A DNA stretch of 63,151 nucleotides, filler included, from Kipferlia bialata (lineage: Eukaryota), in NCBI GenBank assembly GCA_003568945.1. It is 4 parts of 4 records of this genome, joined end to end, with 100 filler letters (N's around TTAATTAATTAA, not from the genome) between each part and the next. Parts side by side here need not be neighbours in the genome. Positions count along the whole stretch, not along the records: positions 47,452 to 63,151 come from BDIP01000678.1; 3 more parts are not named here. The stretch is one strand, 5' to 3'. How positions within the stretch are numbered: position 1 is the stretch's first letter; each line of letters begins with the position of its first letter. Positions 47,452 to 59,520 of the stretch are shown one piece after another. Both the position numbers and the translations under genes were made by a program. The notes under the pieces are model-generated. The model did no database searches, was not told the DNA's origin, and saw nothing but the letters and a program-made list of their open reading frames with translations.

Positions 47452-48818
47452 TCCATAAGAGAGTCGATATTTTTGCGTATAAAGGGTCACTCGCGAGCCC
47501 TACTCAGGAATGGACGAAGCTATTACTAAATCATTAGTGTAATAATGGTGATGAGTATATATGAACTCTCACCGGGAATCTCCTACTACCACAAAGATAC
47601 ACTAAGGTATGTCAACCTACAGTTCCTAACCTCTTGTATCATCACCGAGCACTCACATGAATACTCTATTCAGAATAGACGTCTAGTGTACTGCCCTCGA
47701 GTGGCCATAGACTGAACCAGCCTCCCCGACCGCAAATCGCCACACACCCTACATTACATCAATGCTTGCCGGACTAGCATGGGATGTGATTGCACCCCCC
47801 AGTTATCTCCACAGCAACACCACAGCTAGGGTCAGTGTCACAGCTAGGGCACATGACGGGTCGTTCACTTATGCGTGCGGACATGTATCACTTATAGCAT
47901 GGGTCATTCCACGGACGTTATGTCCGTGATGCTGTGTACTAAGTTGATATACAGTAGTGGTGTTCATTTACAAATTAGACTGGGACAGTGGATCTGACAA
48001 CGAAGATGAGTCGTGTGCCAAGTTAGATGTGTATGTTGAGTATGAGTGTTCAGTCGTGGACAACACGCAGAAATTGAAAGGCTCTAGAGTCTAGAGTCTA
48101 GACTCTACAGTTGTAGTATTGACCGTGAGTCTCGATAATGTCCCAGCTCATGATGAGCCTCATCTCTCTCTCTTCATGTGCACCTGACAGCCACTATCAG
48201 GTATCATGCTATTTATGGATAACTACTTCGAGTGTGAGAAAATGAGTGAAGGTTGGCACGTGAGAAGAGACATACTATGTTTCATAGACTGTTGACCATA
48301 TATAGCATCATTGATGCACATAGAGAGTCAGGGCTAACAAGAGATATACACCTTCATACAATCTTATACATGCGACAGTAGCAGAGTCACCCCGAATACA
48401 TGCTGAAATGGTGTAATGGGTGAGATTCTCTATACCACTATATACAGAGCCGAAGGACAGTAAACACTCATAATACACTCATAATACTTTATTCAGCTGG
48501 CTGATGTTTCAGTCAGGGCATATACACTATCGTATCTTCATACTATAACACAGCTGTATCACTGGTCCTTTCTATTGTACCTGGCTTGCATACTGTTTTC
48601 AGCAAACTGTGTCTTGCTCTACAGCTTCCATAGATACCCTCTCTTCCGAGGCTACACCGTATAGAGAAGAGGCACATTCTGGGAAAAGTTTGCTTTAGAC
48701 CTGCCATCATACGTTTCTCGGAGACTCTCTTCCCTGTCTGCGACTACTCATTGGGATTCCACACTACATATATATCGTCAGAGTGATCTCTAACGAACAG
48801 ACATCTACAGTTGCCAAC

Positions 48819-49892
48819 ATGAGTAGCCACAGAGTGCAAGAGGGCGTACCCCTTTCTGCTGCTCTAAGCGTTATTCCTGTTTGTACTCAGTTTCTACCTC
48901 TAAGAGACTACACAGTGGTGGTATTTGAATTCTTCTACGACGGCTATGTTCTACGGCATGGCGATTGGAACGAGCAGAAAGTTGAGTGTGCAGTAATCAG
49001 AGTGGGTGAGGAGACAGTAAGTGGGGGAGAGTGGGTGGCAAGGGTAGAGCGGTATACTCTGAAGACACAGGGACCTCAACTGCTCAACACACCTCACATG
49101 TCTCCTCCTACTGTCGACGTAACACGTCGTCGCAGTCATCTGGTTAACCGCCCTACCAGTAAGAGAGCTTGGTCATATCCGGACACGGACTGTATGGCTT
49201 TCATGGACGGGTACGTCTATTGGGTGAGGAACCACAAGTGGGAAGAGAGGATCCGTGTTCAGAGGCTGCAGTTGGACACCATGACACACTGGGAGACGGT
49301 CTATATTGGTAACTGTCCTTCAGTTCGTTCTGTTCGGACGCAACAGAGTAGCGACACCTGGGATAGAGATCAGTCTATTCTAAGTTGCCCACAATACGCA
49401 CCCGACAGGAACCTAGGACCTATATTTACCATGTCTGGCTACCTCTGCGCTTTTGGTATGTTTGATGAGTACGTGGACTTCTCTTACCTGTGGTGCTTTG
49501 ACCCAGAGAGTCCCAATCTAGGTTGGGTGAGGAGAGAGCTTGAGACACAAGGAGGATCACAGGTATCCTGGGACAGCTACTGGTGCACATCAACCGTAGT
49601 GGGAGACACTGCATATGTGGACGTAGTAGGTAGCGTGGTACCTCTGACACTCTCTCATGGATGGGGAGTCCCCTTCTACGTCCATTCGCCTGATGTCATA
49701 GACGTTGTCCTAGCAGGGTGCACGGGAAGGTATCTGACGTTCTACGTAAAGGGTAAGGATGGAGGGATCCCGTCACAGCCAATTATCCAGCTCTGGGACA
49801 CGGTCTCTGGTGAGATTGTATCAGAGAGAGTGGTTGCTGGAACAGGCAATGTCTCCGTAAGCGAAGTGATTCCTCTTTCCTGTGACAGGTGA
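48819..49892 (+). CDS. Kelch-like beta-propeller protein, long single exon
   Basis: Open frame from ATG 48819 with degenerate kelch-like segments (MAFMDGYVYW, LDTMTHWET, GYLCAFG, WCFDPE..GW, STVVGDTAY, WDTVSGE). Confidence 0.6.
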   Translation: MSSHRVQEGVPLSAALSVIPVCTQFLPLRDYTVVVFEFFYDGYVLRHGDWNEQKVECAVIRVGEETVSGGEWVARVERYTLKTQGPQLLNTPHMSPPTVDVTRRRSHLVNRPTSKRAWSYPDTDCMAFMDGYVYWVRNHKWEERIRVQRLQLDTMTHWETVYIGNCPSVRSVRTQQSSDTWDRDQSILSCPQYAPDRNLGPIFTMSGYLCAFGMFDEYVDFSYLWCFDPESPNLGWVRRELETQGGSQVSWDSYWCTSTVVGDTAYVDVVGSVVPLTLSHGWGVPFYVHSPDVIDVVLAGCTGRYLTFYVKGKDGGIPSQPIIQLWDTVSGEIVSERVVAGTGNVSVSEVIPLSCDR

Positions 49893-50897
49893 TCACTCAG
49901 ATACATATGAACCCCGTTTTTATATCAATACCCTGCTTTGCATTCTTGTATATTTTGGATTCCCACCCCGTATACTGGACAAGAATTCAAAATCTGCTAT
50001 ATATTCTCAGGTTCACAGAACTAGTGTCCTCAATCCGTATCGTTACAGAGTGTCAGATCAACCCTCAGGCATCTCATACGTATATGCAGTGACGAACACG
50101 AGGCGAGAGACGCACACTCATACGTCATGGTGGAGATTGATACCCCGTCTCTGGAGTTTGACTAGGATTCTACACTAAAGACGCCTCTCGATCATAGACA
50201 GGAGAGGAAAGGCACAAGTTGTGCCGCACAACCCAATATCCTTGACTGTTCACTGCATAAATTGTGTACTATTTAACGTTCAGAAGACTATTATGACATT
50301 CTACGAACAGGTCGGACTCCGACGCCAGTTATCATTATGAATCATAACTGCCGCAAGGCAAGACGTACTTTCAAGCGGTCCAAAACATACCCCAGCCCTG
50401 ATTCCACCACCATGCACCATCTATTTCAGGAAGTGCCGGACGGACACTTTACACACACACGACACGACATACACACACGACACCGAGAGACGTAGGAACC
50501 TATCATAGAAGAATCACACAGTGTCAACGAGAAGCTTCTCTACATACCAGGTCACTGGCCAGCTTGTCACTAGTTGTGCATATCAGTCTGTCCCTGGTCC
50601 CTGCCATACGGTGTATAAGAAGACTGTCAGAGGTATTAACCAGAGAGGCATTGAGGCCCTCGTATCACCGGACTGACCCAAGCCGGACACCTTCCAATTG
50701 TTGACTGCAAGCGGTGTTTGAAACTGGTGGACAGGGAAGTATCTCTCAGCGCTGTAGACTCAATACATCTGCCGACTGAAAGTCTCAATTATGACCCTCA
50801 GTCAACAGTCATAGTTCGCAGTGAGGGTCAGTGAACACACACTTATCTCTCTACCATTCCTGAGTAATCTAACTGCTTGGACAGAGACATAGCTGTG

Positions 50898-52374
50898 ATG
50901 TCCGCAGTGTTTAGCGAGGTCAGTTCCTACCGACACATATTGATCACACTGGACTAACTAAATCAGTTACATATGCTAATAGTAGGTGACGCTTGAGCAT
51001 GACATTGGGTCTGACGGAGCTCTGTTCCAGATATCTCCCAACCAGGCCATGTGGATAGGGTATTGCTGGTACCAGGGCGATTGTATTATCATCACAAGGT
51101 ATGGAAACGCCATAGTATATGACATCCAAAGTGTACTTTGAAAGTGGATCAGGTGCTGATACTATCAGTCTAATAGTGGCACACTAGAACATACAGATTC
51201 TGGTTATTCACCCTTATAGTATCAGTATCAGTATCGGCTAGCATATATGATATTGATGGTGAAGTAGTCATGCTGATCCTAATAGCATCAAACATGGGTT
51301 TAGACGGGTGTCTATGGTTTATGTAATGATTGATATCTAGGCACTCTGACGGGACGCACTCACTTGAGAAAGTACGTGGATGTCCACTGAGGTCACCTTA
51401 TGAAAAGAGTGTGACCGGAGGGTGTATCGGTGGTGAGGTGTTGGTGTTTGGCGGCTATCAGGCCTATGGAGACATGCACCACATTGTATTGGACACTGAT
51501 GTTCACATCATGGCACTTGATTCTAGAGAGTGGGTGACATGCGAGAGAGTTGGTGTCTGGCCCCCAGCTATGGTAGAGCTGTCCTCCTACTGCTTTGATG
51601 GAGTGTGGTATCTAACAGGATGCGCGACGGAGAGCATTGTCTATGGTAGGGATTCCCCTAGGAACTACAGGACTGATGATCTGCAGACATGGGCATTTCA
51701 CCCAGACACTAGACGGTGGGAAAGATGCAGGGAGAGAAGGGAACATTGGCGGGATGTGACGACGGTAGGTGATGCTGTGTACGTTGGGCACACTACAGAT
51801 AGAGGCAACGGTACCGTCTACAGGGTTTCACCGACAGAAGGTGATTTCGTTCCAGTCTTCAATTACCCAACAGGTCACACAATGCAGGTACTACCAGGAG
51901 CGTGCTGACACAATGTCATTGATTGTTCTATAAGTGAAGTGTTTTCGGTATCAAGGTTACTCGATGGTTCAGCAACATAGATTGTCAATATATAAACACA
52001 CTATAGAGTACTCCTCCAACAACGTGTCATCGAAACTGATTACTCACCATCTTAGCACCTCGTCGGGGATGGTCACCATTTAGTAGGGGCCCGTGTACAT
52101 CAGGGCACGCTTCAATTGTATTCTTTCAGCCTAGTGTCTGGAGAGTGCACTCGTTTGCAAGGCGACACTTATTGCGAGCGCGGGAGGTATGACCCGATAT
52201 CAATCTACTCACTGTGAGAATTTCCCACCATTCCGCTCTGACTCCAGTTACGTATGTGTGATTGGCCCTCATACCCTGCTAGTGATGGGCTGCGACTTGT
52301 ATCGAAGCACTCTGTACTTTGTGGATGTAGAACTGCCAGAGGGTGACTGTAATGGGGTACAGTTGAACATATGA
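50898..52374 (+). CDS. Kelch-like beta-propeller protein, ~5 exons
   Basis: MSAVFSE|VTLEHD.., IGGEVLVFGG, LDSREW..GVWPP, TWAFHPDTRRWE, VGDAVYV, FSLVSGE, CVIGPHTLLV. Stop at 52374. Confidence 0.65.
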
Positions 52375-52494
52375 TTCTGTAGTCTACTTCAGTGCGGCTT
52401 CTGGTACCAACTCTATGTGGTGACACCCTTCGACTCGCCACTTGGTCTAGTCATACACCAGATCGGCAGCAGCGGGACCATGTCATTTATACTA

Positions 52495-52719
52495 TTGACT
52501 CTATAGATAGTGTAGACTATACACATAATACTTATTTTGCTGTGAAATTGCAATAGAATGTGACAACGAGAAGACAAGGGTGATCTTACCATGTTCATTG
52601 AACTTGAACATTGTTCAGGCACTGTTGACCTGTCACAGTTGACTATCGCAACGATGCCCGCATTCGTGAAACCGTCAACACACCGTGAGACCGTCAACAG
52701 TGGTCAAAGATACCGTCAA
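52495..52719. promoter_or_regulatory. Cluster of seven TTGAC/GTCAA (W-box-like) cores upstream of the DUF4470 gene
   Basis: TTGAC at 52495, 52625, 52639; GTCAA at 52674, 52693, 52703, 52715. Function is not shown. Confidence 0.35.
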
Positions 52720-52774
52720 ACACCTCACTCTTCCCGTATCGGTGCAATCGTACTCTCTCTACTAACAGCCAGTG

Positions 52775-55700
52775 ATGGCTACTCACCCAGGGCTATCGTG
52801 GTTCAATAGTCTCCCATTGGAGGTATATGACTATACTCTACGAGACACATACGCTTCTGATATTAATGTATATGCACTTCTAAGTTAGAAGTTCTAACTA
52901 CTTATATACAGAACTGTCCACCTGGGAGTAGACTGCACACTGTGGAGCCATACTCCTACCCCTTCGGTAACACTGTTCCATACTCTCTGCTAAATGGTAT
53001 ACCACACCTAGAGAGGACAGGCAAGCTAGGCTCTGACCCTGTATCGATACTAAGCCTGGGGACAGGGGATCCCCGGAACCTCCTTCAGACACTGGTGAGC
53101 TATCTTTCCACTCTACAACTAGTATAGGACAATGCACGATGCATTTACCTTGTCCCCCCCCCTTTGTTGTGCATCTACCGTCTATTGGGTTATGACCTCT
53201 AGCTCTCCGTATCACTTGGCATTCCAGATGCCCCCTCTCTGAGGGTCTCTCTGAATGACCTCCAACCCAGTGCGCTAGCCAGAGACCTTGTCCTAGTGTA
53301 CATGCTTGCCAGGACACCAGGACCAGAAGAGGATGGTAAGATAATAGTGTTCCCCACATGAGTCAGTGATGGAATACCGAGGTACTCATATGTACCTATA
53401 CACAATTGTATTCATATCACTAGCTATGACACTCATACTCACACCAGACAGACACCGCCACCTTGCGGCAGTCACAGATGCCTGGTACAGCATACAGACA
53501 ACGCCAGAGCGCAAGGTGTGACTAAAACATCTAAGATACCTATCCTTGTCATATGAGTGTCAGTCAACAAGCGTAGCGCCACTTTAACTACCACGTCAGC
53601 AACACTAACTCTTAATCGAGGATACGTTCCACTCTTATTTAAATACCCCGCCTTCCTCACCCTCCAGGCCCTCATAATGGATGCCGTGGATACCCTAGTG
53701 GTGGCACTTGCTAGTGACAGTGGGGTACAGGATCTAGACCTGCTCAACGATGGAAGGTGGAGTGACCACAAAATACTGTATATAGTTACAGAGCGCAGTG
53801 CACAGTTTACACAGTATCGCAGATACAGCAGTGTCAACGTAGAGTGTGTTAATGTCTTATGATCTGCTCAACGATGACAGGTGGAAGACAGCGTTATGTG
53901 GTTACACAACCTGTGAATACTGCTGTTAGTCAAAGTACACACTGTTTTGAACTATACAAGAGATTACTATACTAACGGAGATTGTGCTACTGTCTTACCG
54001 TCAGGACTGGCATACTGAGCTTCTCCTCTGGGGATGCTAGGAGACAGGTGCTGAGAGAGCTTGCATTCTGGCAGGTGAGGGGGATGTCTCTCATGGATCA
54101 TAATTCTCTTGTCCCTGGCTTTACTCCTATTGAACTGTATACCGATACAGAGCAAGATCATGTTCCAGTCCCATCACTACTTGATACCTCAATAACCACA
54201 GGGAGTGCCTGAGGCCGTGCCTAAGGAGTGTCAAAGACAACTGGAGGAGAGATCGGCTGAGACAGTTTCCCAGTTCCAGATGAAGACCAAGGAGGTACGA
54301 TGAATACCCTGTATACGCTATATTCTGATGAGAACCAGAGGTGTTCAGTTTTCTTCATATGATCATAGTGTAACAGTATATAACATGATGCGTTAGATAA
54401 CCTGTGTAACTCCAGGACCTCTCTGGCTTTCTGACACACTATGCCCTGGAGGTCATGACAGCTGACGTACCCAAGGGCTCACCTGTGTATAGGGCAGTAC
54501 TAGGTATATATGATTACCACATGATTGTCCCATATAGCACATATAGATACTCTCTGCTTGGTGACATAATGAGTTATGTAGTTGTATACTGTCCTGAGAT
54601 ACTATTCTCTCGTCGTGGCAGCCATGGGGACTTTGCTTTTAACCCTCAGCCGAGCTCAAGCACTTCGTGGCCACTGGTTCAGTTCTCACCTATGAGCCCT
54701 CTACCTCAGCCCACATCACCAGTACTAGGCCCAGCACCTCCAGTGGCAAGACCAAGCCATCCAAGAGAAGTAGGCAGAGACGTCCTGGTAAGAAGGGTCC
54801 ACAGGCTGCTAAGAAGAAGCCACCATCCAAGCTTGTTGTAGAGGCTACTGTAGCCTGCCCCCTGGCATTCCCAGCGGACATGTACCCACTGACAGGACGG
54901 GACTTCAGAACATGTCCTCATGAGGGTAAGTATGTGTGGATACATATGCATTTCGTTACACATCCTTACTCAGTCTACTATGCAATTGATACAAATACTA
55001 TATTATGAGCTGACCCCAGGTATCGCCCCCCTGTGCCTGGGTCAGCCTGAGAGGAAGGCTGTCCTCTACTCTGACGCCCCTCTTGCCGCTCTACTAGAGC
55101 ACTCCGTAGGTGTGTGGGGTGACTCTCTCTGTGGGAGAGGGCCAGTCAATGGTGGACGGGTACTCCAATCCCTGGAGCTCTGTCCAGGAGACATGGCCTC
55201 AGTCTGTGAAGAGATGAGACTGGGCAACAGAGAGTTCGCCTTCATCCACTCCAGCAACCTGACGGACTACGTTGGTGCCCTCCCCTATCTCCTCCTCACT
55301 GTGCCCCTCCTGAGACATGGCGACCCTAGCAAGGGTGTACAGCCAGGCTGCACTATGCTCACATCCTTTGGGGTGTTGGAGCCCCCTGAGGTAGCACTCG
55401 AGGCTTGGACAGGCATACCAGTTCACATGATGCCACGGTTCCTAGGCTGTGTGCCTCTCACACTGATCCCTCACGAAACACTAGGTATAGTAGATGCACA
55501 AGCCGTCGGACGTATCGGTATTTGGTATTTCGATTTCCCCTATTCTTACATGCAGGTGCCCCTAGACCCCTAGAAAACTATGCAGTCAACTCACCCACCG
55601 GTGTAGCATCCACGTCATCAGCACGTGTTGTAGCAAAGGTAGAGATATTTCAAACGCAGTAAATGTAGTTCTACGAATAGTCGTATGACTCTTCGAGGTA

Positions 55701-58700
55701 GTATATATACCACACTCATGAGTCACTTGTTAATCTCTAGGAGCTGTTCCAGAGGATCCCTCCAGTCAAGCAGGGTGTGTGTCCTACTCTCTGCTCAGGC
55801 GACTGTGCTGCTGTATACGCCAACCTCATTCGCCTCTCTTCCCCCAGTGGTCGCTTTGTGCCATCATGCAGAGTGAGCCTGAGCAGTCCCGCCATGCTTG
55901 TGAGACTGCTGCTCTTTGCCATCAGTGATGGGAGGCTCAGACCAGACACTGACACAGGTAGTGGTGGTCCTATCCCACTAGGCCTACCTGTGCTCAAGTA
56001 CCTTGCAGATCCAGCAAGGAAGGACTGGATCAACCTAGAGGAGCTGTGCCTCGTGTACAAGGCCAATGGTCTGGCCGTACCCGATAGCATGTCACACTTA
56101 GAGCCTGCCATGCTATCCCTCGACCTCAAGGGTCTAGAGTTTGACATTCTAGTCAGAAACACCACCTTCCGACTCCTCTGCCTAATGCAGTCTAACTACC
56201 CTCCGACTGTGGATAAGGAGTACCCACACATACTCACCAGCAAGAGAGGCAAGGTGCAAGCCAGGATTGCTAGCGACAGAGGAAGCGGGGCAGGACCTGA
56301 CATGCGTCTCTACACTTGTTTGAGTGGCAAGAATGGTATCTATACGGTGATTGTGAATGCCCAGGAGAGTGGATACAGGGCCAGTGTCGGCATGCTAGGG
56401 CAGTCCACCTGTGCTCTGCCACCTGGCTGGTTAGAGGCACAACCACCAGGCACCAAGGCACCATTCCTCAGGCACTCGGCTGTCAACATACAGGTATGTA
56501 GTAGACTATTAGTAGTAGTATGCAACATGTACTGCATGATCCATCATATAGTACCATTCTTGCTATGTCCCTATCAACCTCCAGGACTGCCGTCGTGTTC
56601 TTCCCGCCAAGATCATCAAGATGCCTCTGACCATACCCACTCTTGTCCTGCCTACACGTGACACAGTACCTGTAACCAGACTCGAGTTGATGCCTAACCA
56701 CACTCTTAGGTTGTCCCTACCCCTTGTGGCTAAGGGTATGGGTGTCACTCTAGTTCACCAAGGCACTGAGAGGAGTGACTCTAACACAGTGAGAGTCACC
56801 TCAGATGGTGCGGCAGTGCTTTTCCGCCTCCTTCTACCAGTGACCAGTGTAAAGGTAGACAAAAAGGATCCTACTCAGTGTGTCATAATTGCAACCCTGG
56901 CTCCAGTGAGAGTAGCACCCCAGCCGATGACCCTTCCGAATGCCCTGGCGGCTTGTGTGGCCCAACGAGATATGCTCGCTGCTGCCAATAACGTTAGCCA
57001 GCAGGAACAGGTATTTACTGTACTCTCCGCATTCTATGATACACGCCCACCACAGTCAAGAAGTACCCGACAACCACTGTTAGCGCTTTCTTATAAACAG
57101 GGTCTGAAGACTACTCCAGGTGCATCAGAGCGTGTATCTGCAGCTATTCCATTCCTGTCCTACCGCATCCTCCAGGCCGTGTTGGCAGGAGAGATGATGC
57201 AGTCTGTTCTGTACTACATGCCAGCTCTAAAAGAGGTGAGATTATTCCGTGTTGTAGGTTGGAAGCTGTTGCTGAAAATGGGGTATCCACTCACCACAGG
57301 AGATTACAAAGAGGGTGCAGATGGGCCAGCAAGCCAGGATCACAAGGGCAGACATCACCAAGGTACTCATGCCTGGTAGTAGTGCACACACAGTTATATA
57401 TGCGTTGTACAGGGTATATGGTACAAGGAGAATGTCATCATCCAGTCACTGGCATATATAACTGTACTAAAATAACTTCTGTTTAGTAGATGGTCGGACA
57501 TGTGACTAATACCAGGGCCTCCAGGGTCTAGCAACCCAGTCCCACCCTAGACAGCTGTTAGAGGCAGAAGATGAGATGGCCAGGTTCAGTCAGCCCACAT
57601 ACAAGGTATCATACACAGTTACCACACTTGTAGCTGGCAGCAACTAATACATATAGCAGTAGTGGTACAATGAATACTGAGCGTGTCTCTGATTTCTACC
57701 CCACAGGGCTGTTTCCTACTGCACCACAAGGGTCAGACAGAGGGCCTGGTCTGTCTGGAGGATACCACATACAACGTAGTGGGTACTACTCATGCAATCA
57801 GGTAGTGACACCGTAAGCTATGAAAATCAAAATACAGTTCAAATTGCAATCTTTACTCTATTCACTAATCCAAGGGGAGTTGCCTTCTGTCCCCCTATAG
57901 AAGCCGATCCAAAGTCTCCACAGAACAGGGAGATTGCCGCCGCTGTTCAGGCACTTGCTGAGGCAATTAGGTTACCAGGTACAGAATCGACCCTCTTGGA
58001 AGTGGACCATATATTCTTGACAATACGCCACTCAACGTAAGGCAAGACACCAGAGAGGATGGAGTTTGCAGTGTCAGATCTTGCCCACTCCTTTGCCCTA
58101 CTTCAGAATGACTGTGTGTCATGTCTACCACACGTTTTCAGGGGATTCCAGGTAGGAACTACATCCTTCTCTCACTATATACATCATTGGATGATGTTGT
58201 ATCTCCAGAAACGCAGAGTAGGATGATTCGTATCTGGAAGAACAATACCTAACACCCCAGGTGGGGTCTCTGCTGCCCAAGAGCAAGGTCAACGTGGCTG
58301 TGCCAGAGCACCTCAGGTACATGTGTTATACAATTACACACAAGAGTGATGAAAGGGTTATATCAAATCCAAATTACAATATGGAATCCTATCACTGCTA
58401 TGGTGCTCTTTGTTAGCAGTGTTTCACAACAGGAAGTGGATCACTCCCATTGTCTGGCTGAGGAGACCTGCCAGGACGGCTGCCTCTCTGATGTCGAGAA
58501 GGGTGTTGGTATGCTCTATATAACTCTATCTCTGCCCACGTAACTACGGTAGCTGTGTATGATCGTAAGGTCGTCAGTCTCCTATGTTACTCAATACATC
58601 CACCTGACCCAAGGGAGGTGAGGCTGCCTGGCAGGCTACCAGACAGAGCTCGGGCTTCGCCAATGACCCTAGGAACACCGGAAGACCTGGGAACAGAACA

Positions 58701-59070
58701 TACCCTAGGGTATGGGCAGGTGCGTACCCAGGTGTAAATCACGCAGCGTCTTTGACATGTCAAGGAACAGTCCAACTATCAAATCTCAACAGTGGAGAAT
58801 ACACACCAACAATCAGCACTCAACCCCGACAGCGCTATTCTGTGGTGTGTGTACAATGACACCGAGGTGCTAGAGACAGCGAAAGAGGACAGACAGTACT
58901 TCCTCCTGAGTGCTACACACACCCCTCCAACCACACCTACTAGGACCGCAACACAGTCTTCATCTGCTCAAAGGAGCGCTACTCATGTCAACTCCAAGTC
59001 CAAGACTGCTGCTACAAAGGGCAAGAATGTGAAACTGAAGTTCAGCTTTGGACCCAAGACCAAGAAGTGA
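52775..59070 (+). CDS. DUF4470-domain protein, multi-exon
   Basis: YPFGNT..L..ILSLGTGDPRNLLQTL, LNDLQPSALARDLVL and FAFIHSSNLTDYVG..LL..PLL are characteristic of DUF4470 family proteins. Same-strand exon chain to the stop at 59070; the single-gene model and start are inferred. Confidence 0.75.
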
Positions 59071-59520
59071 GTATTGGACCTAAGAGAGCAAGAAGGAGTA
59101 TATATACGCCGTGGGATCATATGGTTTCATCAGAACAGCGACCATCTTCCAATAGAACACAACATTATTGTATATTCTTCATTCCGCTTCTCTGTCACTC
59201 TGTTGCGCATCGCAACTTGCGATTTGTAGCAAAGGCCCTTTGCCAAAGGGTAGTGTATTGTTACAGAGTCTACTGTGTTGTGCTTAGTTCTAGTGAAATA
59301 CATGGGTACTCACACTCTCGGTGCAGTCATTCTATGGGTCATGAGTATAGTTACCATACATTCTAAAAGACATACCATGTGATTCTGATTACAACGATCA
59401 TCACTCTCTGGTAAAACAATGATCAAGACACAAACGGTCACCGTACGATAATCAGTGTGGATGATACGTTATACGTCCTCTTCCTCTCACGTGCTCCCAC
59501 TAGTGTCTCTATCTGCTAGA

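Noticed and set aside
47452..48780. ORF-poor region with a short TCTAGAG tandem repeat, possible mobile element
   Set aside because: No terminal repeats, target-site duplication or transposase/RT motifs seen.
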